From Octopus vulgaris (lineage: Eukaryota), in contig OX597835.1 of the NCBI GenBank assembly GCA_951406725.2, positions 21,204,001 to 21,268,000 on the forward strand: DNA of 64,000 nucleotides, in the 5' to 3' direction. A program made the position numbers and the translations under genes. Of this stretch, positions 28,332-40,237 are shown piece by piece (positions within the stretch are counted from its first letter, which is position 1; each line of letters begins with the position of its first letter). The notes beneath the pieces were generated by a model, which was given only the letters and a program-made list of their open reading frames with translations, was not told the origin of the DNA and ran no database searches.

Positions 28332-28994
28332 CAGCGTGCAGTAAATAAACTGTCGTGTAAATTAAGTAAAAATGAAAATGGCACTAACATCTCATTTTAA
28401 CAAATATATTTACCAAAATTACGTAAAAATATCTTGAAACACTAAAGAGTAAATTTATTCACCAAAATCGCCATCGGCTTCAACCACGACCTCCAGACGA
28501 CTTCGGAATCTTCTGCAACTCTTCTGGACAGTCTCCTTGTTTAAGCTGGTGAATGCTGCATAATCCTTGCCTTCAGTTGCTTAACTGCACCCCCACACCC
28601 ACCCACCCACACACAATAATGAAGTGAGTTGCAGTCTAGGGAGTTAGTTGACCAGATGTTAGGGGGTGATGTGGTCGCAGAAATTGTCTGACTATCATAA
28701 TTTGATTCTCCTGCTTGTGTGGCATGATTCGGAGTCATGTTACCAGACATAGGGTCTTCTAGAAGCCACCCTCTTGACTCAAGGCAGCACTACCTCCTCC
28801 AGGCACTTAATGACGGCCTCCGTGTTGAGTGTGAGGCCGTGTAGGATGGAGGCATAACGTCGCCATCACTAGTGATCACTCCAGAGGCAATGATCGTTAG
28901 CGGATGTCTGATTATTATCACTCTCGGTACATGTCCTCAGATTGCATTGTCCTCAGAGTGGCACTCAGTTACTCTGAAATGTTCGTACCGGAGT
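28332..28994 (-). mobile_element. maT (DD37D) mariner-like transposon, 3' part
   Basis: PYVW*HDS...ITPNIWSTNSLDCNSLHY (37 residues between the catalytic positions), C-terminal CRRFRSRLEVVVEADG, CAGCGTG TIR-like end. Confidence 0.75.
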
Positions 28995-29066
28995 AATTAG
29001 CGCTACAGTTTCTGCGCTCTGAGATCCATTAAGCAATATCAGACCTTAATATCTTAATAACATATA

Positions 29067-29812
29067 ACCAACTTCTCTTGTGGACAAGGAGAACATCAAT
29101 AGGTGGTCATAACCCTGCTAAATATTGCACCCAAATCTTTCTCAAATCTTTCGCAATCAGATTTGCTACACGGAAACTGTAGAAGGTTGCCAGAAGGACT
29201 GATTTTGTTTGTGTGTATCTGACTTCATTTGTCACCATCAGCATCAAAGCCAAATCCTGTGCCGCCGCTTCGCCGCCACCATCACCACCACCGACACAGC
29301 CACTAAAACTACTTCACTTGGATGATGGTTACATCCAGAGCACTCTACTCTACTGGAAATATTAAAGTCACTTTTCTCCGGTATTAAAATAATTTCAATT
29401 TTTCTTGCCTCTAAGGCCCTCGAAAGTGTCATTAGCGCTACGGTTTCTGCGCTCTGGGATACATTAAACAATACCAGACCTTAATATCTTTAAAACAGAA
29501 AGCACATAATGTAATCCTTGACACATTTCATTTGTAAATGAAGTGATGATGGTCAGAGCCTGTATGATTATGATCTTAGGCATGCACTAAGATCAAAATC
29601 ATCTTGAGCTTAAGTTGAACAACAAAGTCGACGTCGGGTTCATAATGCCAATTACATCATATATCGGATATTACAGAGCCTCGGTGAGTCAACGCGTGAG
29701 ATTAAATATTTGAGCTGGGAGACGAATTAACTGCGTCAGTAGAGCACCAAATTGGCGATACATTCGGCTCTGAGTTCAAATCCGACTGAGCACACCTTGT
29801 GGCAGCAGATCT
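29067..29812. repeat. Direct segmental duplication, left copy (partner 44206-44982)
   Basis: Colinear match with small indels; similar peptides at 29244 and 44405 in the ORF track. Confidence 0.92.
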
Positions 29813-30855
29813 CCCAGCTGAAGAAACCTTTATATATCCCTTTCAGTAACACCTGTCTGCAACTTCCACATCAGCGGAAGGCAAGATATTGGTCGGTAGT
29901 TACTTGTAATATTTCATTTCTTTTGCTCTTTCAATATCAGTTCAGTTCAGGAAAAATCACTTGTCTTAATACACTTCAGTCGTGTGTTCATTCAACCATG
30001 AAGCAACATAAGTCGTTTAAGTTCAAATTCCTAGGCCAAATCTGGTCCAGAAGATTTTCAGTTGGATATCCTGTGATCTCTATGTTTCTTCATTGTGACA
30101 AATCTAAGTTATTTATCATTATCTTGTTTTAACCATCCTGCATCACCTTTGGGTTTCACGTCGTTGATCCAAATGCTTCACCAGAATTTCTTCTTTCTTC
30201 CTTCTTATGTGGTATATTCACTGTAACGTTTCCATTTCGTTCCTTGAAAAATGTACTTTGTTGTGTTTCGAACAACACATTATATCAAAACTGTGGAGGC
30301 GCAATGGCCCAGTGGTTAGGGCAGCAGACTCGCAGTCGTAGGATCGCGGTTTCGATTCCCAGACCGGGCGTTGTGAGTGTTTATTGAGCGAAAACACCTA
30401 AAAAGCTCCACGAGGCTCCGGCAGGGATGGTGGTGATCCCTGCTGTACTCTTTCATCACAACTTTCTCTCACTCTTACTTCCTGTTTCTGTTGTACCTGT
30501 ATTTCAAAGGGCCTTGTCACTCTCTGTGTCACGCTGAATATCCCCGAGAACTGCGTTAAGGGTACACGTGTCTGTGGAGTGCTCAGCCACTTACACGTTA
30601 ATTTCACGAGCAGGCTGTTCCGTTGATCGGATCAACCGGCACCCTCGTCGTCGTTACCGACGGAGTGCTTCCCGTGTCAAAACTGTTCAATTCACAGTAT
30701 TAGCATAGCTTGTTGTGTATAAAGGTCCCAACACTGTCATGTCTGTGAAAATAGGCCTTCTTAACCAGAACTGAGCAACCAGAGAAAATATGGTTTATTT
30801 TTTCTTCACCATCACCACGAATTCTGCAGTGACTTACTGTATTCTAACTAATTAT
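29813..30855 (-). pseudogene. Scrambled fragments of R4-like RLE LINE, interrupted by a SINE
   Basis: SNYRPISCLPLMWKLQTGV and KSSGPDL (RT N-terminal region) at 29813-30290; HCRIRGDGEEKINHIFSGCSVL...HRHDSVG (CCHC/RHD) at 30690-30850. Confidence 0.75.
30295..30676 (+). mobile_element. tRNA-derived SINE family A, full length
   Basis: A/B-box-like head (TGGCCCAGTGG, GGTTTCGATTCCC); 10 bp TSD TCAAAACTGT at 30285 and 30677. Confidence 0.92.
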
Positions 30856-30866
30856 GTGTTACTGAT

Positions 30867-32174
30867 GGTTAGGGTTAGGGCTAGTGTTAGGGTTCGGGTT
30901 AGGGTTAGGGTTAGGGTCAAGGTTAGTGTTAGGGGTTAGTGCTAGGGTTAGGGTTAGGGTTAGGTTGGGGTTAGGGTAAGCGTTCATGTTAGGGTTAGCG
31001 TTAGGGTTAGGGTTAGGGATAGGGTTAGGGCTAGGGTTAGGGTTAGGGGGAGAGTTAGTTATAGGGTTAGGGTTAGGGACAGGGTTAGCGTTAGGGTTAC
31101 GGTGAGGGTGAGTGCTAGGGTCATGGTTATGGTAAAGGTTAGGGTTACGGTTAGGGTTAGGATTAGTGTTAGGGCTAGGATTAGGGTTAGGGTAGAGTGA
31201 TAGTGTTAAAGTTAGGGTTAGGGTTACTGCTTGGGTTAGCGTTAGGCTTCGGGTTACGGTTAGGGTGAGGGCTAGGGGTAGGTTTAGGGTTAGGGTTAGG
31301 GTTAGGGTTAGAGCTAGGGTTACGGTTACGGTTAGGGATGGGCTTAGGATTAGGGTAATGGTTAGGGTTAGAGTTAGTGATAGGGTTACAGATAGTGTAA
31401 GGGATAGTGTTTGGTTTATGGTTAGGGTTATTGTCAGGTTTAGGTTTAGCGTTAGGTTTAGGGTTATGGCTAGCATAAGTGTAAGGGTTGGGGTTAGGTT
31501 TAGGGTTAAGGTTAGGGTAAAGGTTAGGGTTATGTTTCGGGATATGGTTAGGGTAGGGGTAAGTGTAAGGGTTAGGGTAATGGTTATGGTTAGGGTTAGG
31601 TTTAGTGTTAGGGTTAGGGTTAATGTAAGGGTAACAGTTAGGTTTAGGGTTAGCGTTGGGATTAGGGTTAATGTGAGTGTTAGGTTAGTGTTAGGAGTAT
31701 GGTTAGGGTTAGTTTTAGTGTTCGGGTTAGGTTTAGGGTTCGGGTTACGTTAGGATAAGAGATAGGGTTATGATTAAGTTTAGAGTTAGGGTTAAGGTAA
31801 GGGTTAGAGTTAGGGTTATGGTTAGTTTTCGGGTTAGGGTTAGGATTAAGGTTAGGGCTAGGTTTAGGTTTAGGGCTAGGGTTAGGGTTAGTGTGAGGAT
31901 TTGTGTTAGGGTTAAGGTTAGGGTTAGGGACGGGGTTCGGGTTTGGTTAGGGCTATGATTAGGGTTAGGGTTAGGGATGGTGTTGGGTTAGAGTTACGAT
32001 TAGTGCTAGCGTTCGCTTTATGGTTAGGGCTAGGGTTAGCGATAGGGTTAGGGTTAGGGCTAGGGTTAAATTTAGAGTTAGGGTTATGGCTACGGCTAGG
32101 GTGAGGGTTAGGATTAGGGTTAGGGTTAGGGTTAGTGTTATGTGAGGGTTCGGGATAGGTTAAGGTACTGGGTA
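30867..32174 (+). repeat. Degenerate (TTAGGG)n telomeric array
   Basis: Hexamer periodicity with many single-base variants. Confidence 0.95.
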
Positions 32175-32178
32175 GAGA

Positions 32179-35022
32179 AAACCCTGACCCTAACCCTAAC
32201 ACTAATCCTAACCCTAATCCTAACACTAACCCTAACCCTAACCCTAAGCCTAACCCTAACCCTAAACCTAACCCTAACACTAACCCTGATCCTAACACCA
32301 AATCCTAACCCTAAACCTAACCCTAAACCTGAACCTGACCCTAACCATAAACCTAACCCTAACCCTAAAACCTTACCTCTAATCCTAATCCTAAACCTAA
32401 ACCTAACACTAACCCTAACCCTAACACTAACCCAAACCCTAACCCTAAACCCTAACACTAACAATAATCACTAATCTTAACCCTAACCCTAACCCCTAAC
32501 CCTAACCCTAACTCTAACCCTAAGCCTAAACCTAACCCTAACCCTAACCCTAGCCCTATCCCTAACCCTAACCCTCAAACCAAACCCTAACCCTAACCCT
32601 AACCCTAATCCTAAACCAAACCCTAACCATAACCCTAACCCGAACCCTGACTCTAACCATAAACCTAACCCTAACCATAACCCTAACCCTAATCCTAAAC
32701 CTGAACCTAACCCTAACCCTAACCCTAACGCTAACACAAACCCTAACCCTAACCCATAACACTAACAATAACCCCTAATCTTAACCCTAACCCTAACCCT
32801 AACCGTAAACCTAACCCTAACACTAATCCTAACCACTAACCCTAACCCTAAACCTAACTCTAACCCTAAAACTAAACCTAACACTAACATTAGCCCTAAC
32901 CCTAACCCTAACCGTAAGCCAAACCCTAACCCTAATCCTAACCCCAACCCTAACCCTAAACCTAACACTAACCCTAACCCTAAACGTAACCCTAACACAA
33001 ATAGTAGACCTAACACTAAACCTAACCTTAACTCTAAAACTAACCCTAAACTAACCCTAACCCTAACCCTAACCTAAACCTAACCCAAACCTACCCCCAA
33101 CCCTAACCCTAAACATAACCCTAACCCCAACCCTTACCCTAACCCTAAACCTAACCCTAAGCTTAACCCTAACCCTAACACTAACATTAACCCTTACCCT
33201 AAATCTAACCCTAACCCGAACCGTAAGTCTAAAACTAATCCTAACCCTAACCCTAAACCTAACATTATCTCTAAAACTAACCCTAACAATACCCTAAACG
33301 AAAACCTAATCCAAATACTAACACTATCCATAACCCTAAACCCTAACACTGACCCTAAACCTAACCCTAGCCTTAACCCTAGACTTAACCCTAAACCAAA
33401 GCCCTAACATTAAACTAACCCTAACGCTAACCCTAACACAAAACCTAAACCTAACCCTAACCCTAATTCAAACCCTAACACTAGCCCTAAAGCTAACCCT
33501 AACCCAAACCCTAACCCTAAACCTAACGCTAACCATAAACCTAACACTGACCCTAGCCCTAACACTAGCCCTAACCCTAACATTAACCATAACCATAACC
33601 CTAACCCTATCCCTAAGCCTAACCCAACCCTAAACCTAAACCTAACACTGACCCTAGCCCTAAAACTAGCCCTAACCCTAACCCCCTAACCCTAACCCAA
33701 ACTCTAATCCTAAACCAAACCCTAACCCTAACCCTAAACCTAAACCTAAAACTAACCCAAACCCTAAACCTAACCCTAACGCTAATAGTAAACCTAACCC
33801 TAAACCTACCCCTACCCCTAACCCTAACCCAAAAACCTAACCCAGACCCTAACCCTAACCCTAACCCTAAACCTAACCCTAAGATTAACCCTAAACCTAA
33901 CCCTAACACTATCCCTAACACTAACCCTAACTCTACCCTAACCGTAACCTTAAACCAAACCCTAACACTAACCCTAACCCTAACCCTAACCCTAACCCTA
34001 AACCAAAACCCTCAAATTAACCTAACCGTAACCCTATCCCTAATCCAAAACCTGACCCTAAACCTAACACTAACCCTAACCCAAACACTAACCCTTACCC
34101 TAACCCTAACCCTAACCCTAACTCTAACCCCTAACCCTAACCCTAACCCTATCCCCTAATCCTAACCCTAACTGTAACCCTAACCCCTAACCCCTAAGCG
34201 TAACGCTAACCCTATCCCTCACCCTAACCCAAACTCTAACCCCTAACCCCTAACCCTTACCCAAACCCTAACCCTAACCCTAACCCTAACCCTAACCCTT
34301 ATCCTAACCCTATCCCTAACCCTAACCTTAATCCTAACCTTAACCCCTAATCCTAACCCTAACCATAACCCAAACCCCTAACCCCTGACCGTAACGCTAA
34401 CCCAATCCCTAACCCTAACCCTAACCCTAACCCCCAATCCTAACCCTAACTAACCCTAACCCTAACCCTAACCCTAACCCTAACCCTAACCCTAACCCTA
34501 AATCCTAACCCCTAACCCTAACCCTAACCCTAACCCTAACCCTAACCCTTATCCTAACCCTATCCCTAACCCTAACCTTAATCCTAACCCTAACCCCTAA
34601 TCCTAACCCTAACCCCTAACCCTAACCCTAACCCTAACCTTAATCCTAACCCTAACCCTAACCCTAACCCTATCCCTAACCCTAACCTTAATCCTAACTC
34701 TAACCCCTAACCCTAACCCTAACCTTAATCCTAACCCTAACCCTTATCCTAACCCTATCCCTAACCCTAACCTTAATCCTAACCCTAACCCCTAATCCTA
34801 ACCCTAACCATAACCCAAACCCCTAACCCTTACCCAAACCCTAACCCTAACCCTAACCCCTAACCCTAACCCTAACCCTAACCCTAACCCTAACCCTAAC
34901 CCTAACCCCTAACCCTAACCCTAACCCCTAACCCCTAACCCTTACCCGAACCTAGCCCAAACCCTAACCCTAACCCTATCCCTAACCCTAACCCTAAATC
35001 TAACCCTAACCCTAACCCTAAC
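32179..35022 (-). repeat. (CCCTAA)n telomeric array, head-to-head with the preceding array
   Basis: Strand switch at about 32175 (..GGTACTGGGTAGAGAAAACCCTGACCC..); purest runs at about 34440-35022. Confidence 0.95.
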
Positions 35023-36548
35023 GAAGGTGAAGCGAAGTGGAACGCCACGAATATATTGAAAACGGAAAAATGGGTGTTTCTACCTAGCTATTGTGGAAAA
35101 AGGGCAGCGAGAATAAGAATCAGTAAAATTTCACCAGAACTGAACATGGAGAGAATTGTAGCGCCAACAATATTTAACTGAGCAGAGAATGTCGGGATAT
35201 TGAAGATAGAAAAGTCGAAAGAAGTAAAGTGGTGGGGTTATGCGGTGCAGGCTTTGGTTCACATAACCATGCCAGACCTGTATAACATCCCAGAGGTGTT
35301 GGTCTTCCCCGACGAGACACTTCTCAGAGTCGTGGTTGAGGGGAGACCCCCAGTGTGCTACAATTGCAAAATTAGAGGCCACATGAAGGATATGTGTCCA
35401 CAAAAAGAAGTACAAGAGAAAACGATTACACTGGAGGCTTTGACAGAGGAGTTACAAAAGACATATGTGGAATAGGAAATCGTGACTACAGATAATGTGG
35501 AAAGTGGTGACGAGTTGGAGAAAGAAAAGGAAAGAACAGAAGAAAAAGAGGATAGAAAGAGAACGCGGGTGGAATCACCACCTAAAGTACAAAAAAAAAA
35601 GAAAAAAAAAACGAAAAGAAGAGTACCGACGAGATGGAGGATCGAACACACGAAGAGGAAGATACAGAAACGAAAGCGAGTGAAGCTTCAAATTGTCAGA
35701 TAACGGAAGAATGGGATAGAAGAGTGGAAGAACAGCTGGAAAAATGTAAGGAAGGAGGAAGACCAAAAGGAAGAAATCTTAAAGCTATAATATTGTACAA
35801 GAAGGACAAGGAAATTGAAAAGTTGGCAAATATGAAAAGTCTAATTAGAGTGAAGTTAAATTCGAAAATTTTTGGTGACCAAGTGAAGGCGGCGATTGTA
35901 GAAAAAGTGACAGTAATGAAACTGAAAAATGCGTATACAGCTGTATGCGTAATGCATTACATCTATATATATAAAACTGTAGTTGTGTGAGTGTCTGTCC
36001 CCTTCGATTTAGATTCCTAACTACTCCCACATTTTGCGATGCAGTTTAACCAAATTCGGGTATCTTATAGTCGTGATTCATATCGAGCCCGTCTGGCTAT
36101 TAGCGCGCGTTTACGATGAATCTACGATTTTAAAAATAATTTAACATCATTTTTTTCTTCCATTTTAATGCATAGTTTTTCGTGTGTCGATGGCGGCGGA
36201 GTTGGCGTCCATGGTCACACCTGCACCTGTTTGCTTCTCCCCTTCTTCCCTCCCTCGTGAAGCTGTGGGGAAGGGAGTGTAAGGAAATCAACGTCGTAAA
36301 GCGTTGTCAAGGAGACCAGCGTTCTTTTAGAACAACGACTTCATGGCTTGAAGACACCAAAACAGAAATGGCTAAGAAAGCCCGAATTGACATCTATAAG
36401 GGAAGTAACTCTCTAAAAATGCTTATATAGTTATTTCCCTTACAAACCCGAGCAACGCCGGGCGATACTGCTAGTTAGGTATAAAAGTTTGCCAAGTATT
36501 ATAGAACAGATGTTACTCACGTACATAACGGATAAACGCCCTGACTAA
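35023..36548 (+). pseudogene. 5'-truncated gag/ORF1-like protein with CCHC zinc knuckle, interrupted by a Helitron
   Basis: VVVEGRPPVCYNCKIRGHMKDMC (CX2CX4HX4C, 35356-35397); frame open from the telomere junction with two stops and one poly-A frameshift; resumes in frame after the Helitron (HY-IRYKSLPSIIEQMLLTYITDKRPD*). Confidence 0.8.
35962..36474 (+). mobile_element. Non-autonomous Helitron (copy 3) with extra internal segment
   Basis: A|TC...hairpin...CTAG|T; removing it restores the host reading frame with no TSD. Confidence 0.9.
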
Positions 36549-38125
36549 CGCAATTGTAAGTGTAAATGAAATTGCGAGTTTGGGGGCTCGTAAGACATTC
36601 CATTTAATTCATTACAAATAATTCATTGTCATACCATACTTTTTGATTTTTTATTATATGTACCCCATGTCCTGTATTGTAATGTCCCCTCTTAATCCGG
36701 GCCATTGTGCCTATAATAAAGAGTTAATCTGCAGCTAGCAGGCCTTTTTGACTTTTTCCTCGTATTACGTCAAACTTTTTTCTGTTGCTGCAAGCCGTTT
36801 TGTGAGTTCGATTCCATTTGTCTTTTTGTTTTGTGTTACACGTGCAAATTTTTGAACGACAACGGGAAACTCAGAGTAACAGGTTTTGTTGAATTTTCTG
36901 CTGCTTTAAATAATGTATATATATGTGGGGGGGGGGGGGGCTGGTAACGATTAATTTGATTGTAATAATTAAATTTTGAGAAATTAGCAATTAATTAATA
37001 GTTAATTTCGATTAAAACAGAAAAATATGTCTGCAGTTGCATTCATTGGCAAGTTTATATTTCAATTACAATTCTGTTAAAAGCAAGAAAAAGCATAACC
37101 ATTTTTCTCCACTCAGATGTTGTTGGATAACCAGTTACGCAAACACACTTGTATGTTACCAGTATATAGTTCAAGTGATGGGCGCTTCTTGTTAGCAATG
37201 TAACCAGAGGAGCTAAATAATCGTTCACACAGAACCGAGGTAGCTGGTATGCACAGAACAGTCTTGGCAAAAAATTGCCAACTTCGGATATCGATGTTCA
37301 TTAAGTTTCCACCATTGTAGTGGATCAATTGATTCAGCAACATTTTTGCCCATTTTCTATCCCTGTACTTCACAAAAAGCGTTTCCGACACCCTCATCTA
37401 AATCTGAGTCAGTTTCCATCAGTTTAATACACTTTTCATTAGGTTAGCATATAGTTTTATTGTGCATTAGTCTTCAACCGATCATCATTAACATCAGCTG
37501 TTATTTGTTGTCTAATTAGTAACCAAGTTCGTTCTTTTGAATCGTCTGATAAACACTTCAAGTTTTTATATTATGGATCAAAAGCTGTTGCAATCTGTAA
37601 TATTTCAATACTTTTCATGTCAGCTAAACGTTTGCTGAAGTCATTAAGAGATGCTGCCTTGAATCTGGCTATATAAGCTGGATTATTATCATTTACAGTC
37701 ATGTGCTTTGTCAAAGACAACAACAGTGGCAATACACAGCTACATTTCACCGTCAAGCAGGGCCATAGCCTGACAAAATAAGTCTAAAACGTTGATGTAT
37801 TTTGAAATTTTTTCTCAATCATAATCGAACAGTTTTGGACTTCTATATTGCTTCTCTTCGTCTGACATGTAGATGGATATTACTTCTCTGGCCTGCAGCA
37901 GACTCTGCAGCATTAGAAAAGACTGTTCCTTCTTATTGGAACATCTTGTAGATTACGAAATGGTAAATCACTACAATTCTGCAATTCAATTATGTGGATA
38001 GGACTATGTTTAAAATGTCCTATGATTTTTCGACATTTGACAAATAATGTTTCTGTTTCTGCGGCTTTAAACCCATGCAATATGCTCAACTGCAGGCTAT
38101 GAGCCAAACACGGAATATGAGCAAT

Positions 38126-38511
38126 GTGGAAGCACTCCGTCGGTTACGACGATGAGGGTTCCGCTTGATCCGAATCAACGGAACAGCCTGCTCGTGAAAT
38201 TAACGTGTAAGTGGCTGAGCACTCCACAGACACGTGCACCCTTAATGTAGTTCTCGCGGATATTCAGGGTGACACAGAGAGTGACAAGGCCGGCCCCTTG
38301 AAATACAGGTACAACAGAAACAGAAAGTAAGAGTGAGAGAAAGTTGTGGTGAAAGAGTACAGCAGGGATCACCACCATCCCCTGCCGGAGTCTCGTGGAG
38401 CTTTAGGTGTTTTCGCTCAATAAACACTCACAACGCCCGGTCTGAGAATCGAAACCGCGATCCTATGACCGCGAGTCCGCTGCCCTAACCACTGGGCCAT
38501 TGCGCCTCCAC
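38126..38511 (-). mobile_element. SINE family A, full length, inserted in the hAT
   Basis: 11 bp TSD ATATGAGCAAT at 38115 and 38512. Confidence 0.92.
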
Positions 38512-39060
38512 ATATGAGCAATACCAGTTTGATTAACAGCTGAAACCAAATTTCGTGCACTGTCTCTTGCTAGAACCTGAATCTTCTTTGTTATATCCCA
38601 GTCTTTTACAAATTGTTTCTATAACTCAGCAACATGAACGTATTCAAAAAGTAACACTTATTAAATTCCAGTCACCAGCAATCCAATGGCCTGTGATTCC
38701 GCAATAAATTGCATTACCTACAGATGCCCAAAAATTAGATGCTAGTGCAATTGCCTTTCAATTTTTCACTGCTTCTTTACCACTTTCTCGTTTGATGCTA
38801 TAAATATCAGCCAACATTTCATCAGCGGTGCGCCGGCAAGGTCGTTTGTATTCGGCATTTTGAAGCCCTGTACTCTACACTTGCTGAAGACCATCATCTT
38901 CTAATATCGATGTTAGTCTGCCGTTATTAGCTATCCAGTTTGCAAGTGATATTTTAATGTCGCGTTGTACAGTAACACTCACCAAACGATCAGACAGACG
39001 ATGAAACTAATTCGAAGTAGTCTGCTTGGAAGTAGATGACACCACCGCTGTCTTTGTAAT

Positions 39061-39248
39061 TGTTTGTCTTGTGATGTCTAATTCTATGTAAAATCGCATG
39101 ATTTTAATAACGATTTCATCTTCAGCTAGCAGGCCTCTGCTACTCTAGACCGATGATGGACAAAGACCCTGAAACATGCGTGTCTCTAAATGCAGGCCTA
39201 GCTGTTGGGGGTATTTGTCTCCCCTTCGTAAATATCAGCCAATGACTA
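39061..39248 (+). mobile_element. ~190 bp insertion carrying a degenerate hammerhead motif
   Basis: Removing it restores the hAT frame (PHLAKLVI-TKTAVV); UCUAGA-CCGAUGA-..-GAAA-CAUGCGUG-UC-UCUAAA with outer pairing CAGCUAG/CUAGCUG. Confidence 0.7.
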
Positions 39249-39859
39249 AATGACTAACTTTGCGAGGTGAGGTTTCGAATACTGTAGCGAGTGTTTATTT
39301 TGAAGGTGGTAAGTAAGCGATGCGCTAGATCCATGGTTCGAGATCGATTTGTCGCAATAGATGTTTATAAAAGTTATCAGCAGTTTTGATATTACTGTCA
39401 GCCAGCAATTTAAATCCAAGATGTTCATGTAATCGACCTGACGTAGGTTTATATTTCATAACTCGATTCTTCTCCGCCGTCGCCATTTTACTGTTGTTAC
39501 TACTGCATCTCGCCTTCCGGCACATTTATTAACGATGGGCAGAAAATTCAATTTGAAACCGAGTAATAGAAATTTAATCGTTGAAATAAATTAACGATTA
39601 ATCGATTAATTAAACTTTGAAAGGCGAGATACAGTAAAGTGCGACCCACACTTATAATTTCTGAGTTTTGACATAGATCTTTATGAGACACTAGTGAGTT
39701 GAATGAATGATTGCTTAAAGTCGCTGTTTCTTGCGTAGCTTCTTCGGCTTTCTGCTCTAACGTGCATACGTTCTATAAAACTATGAATACTGCACTTGTT
39801 TTCCTCTTATCATATCTTTCCTCGTATCTCCTATATTTATATATATATATATATTTAGA

Positions 39860-40233
39860 CAGGGTGCGATGGGTAAAATGTTGCAATCTTATTTTCGCAC
39901 GTGCGCATTGCTTTTCTTGATTTTGCTGACTACACATTATTGTAGGGTCAGTCGGGCACCGTCTGTAAGAAAAATAGCACCTCGACACAATTCATTCTGC
40001 CAGAAATTTGGAAACGACACGCTCTGCTGCTTGGCGTTTTGCGCCGGAAACTCCGGTTCGAACATTTCAGAGTAACTAGGTGTCGCTCTGAGGACAGTAC
40101 AATCTGAGGACATCTACCGAGAGTGATAAAAATCAAACAACCGCTAAAGATCATTGCGTTTGGAGTGACCACTAGTGATGGCGACGTTATGCCTCCATTC
40201 ATCCTACACGGCCTCACACTCAACACGGAGGCC
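39860..40233 (+). mobile_element. maT mariner-like transposon, 5' part (internally deleted)
   Basis: CAGGGTGC TIR-like start; 40050-40233 is an inverted match to 28815-28994. Confidence 0.7.
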
Positions 40234-40237
40234 TTCA

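Larger units (their letters stand above)
36936..39612 (-). mobile_element. Decayed hAT (ZBED1-like) DNA transposon
   Basis: BED-finger remnant IYCDKSISNHGSSASLTYHLQNKH; LANWIANNGRLTSILEDDGL; HIPCLAHSLQL; CIPATSVLCERLFSSSG dimerisation motif; GGGCTGGTAACGATTAAT end with CGATTAAT subterminal repeats. Confidence 0.85.

Noticed and set aside
30295-30370. tRNA gene calls for SINE heads (also 12315, 52505, 62529)
   Set aside because: The heads continue into repeat bodies, several with TSDs; these are SINEs, not tRNA genes.
30859-33921. LTLT, VRVR and GLGL ORFs
   Set aside because: Translations of telomeric hexamers.
36549-36620. Possible start of an APE endonuclease ORF2 (IVSVNEIASLGARK)
   Set aside because: Only vaguely like the xSxNVRGL motif and it stops within 26 codons; a deleted ORF2 remains a caveat for the gag-only model.
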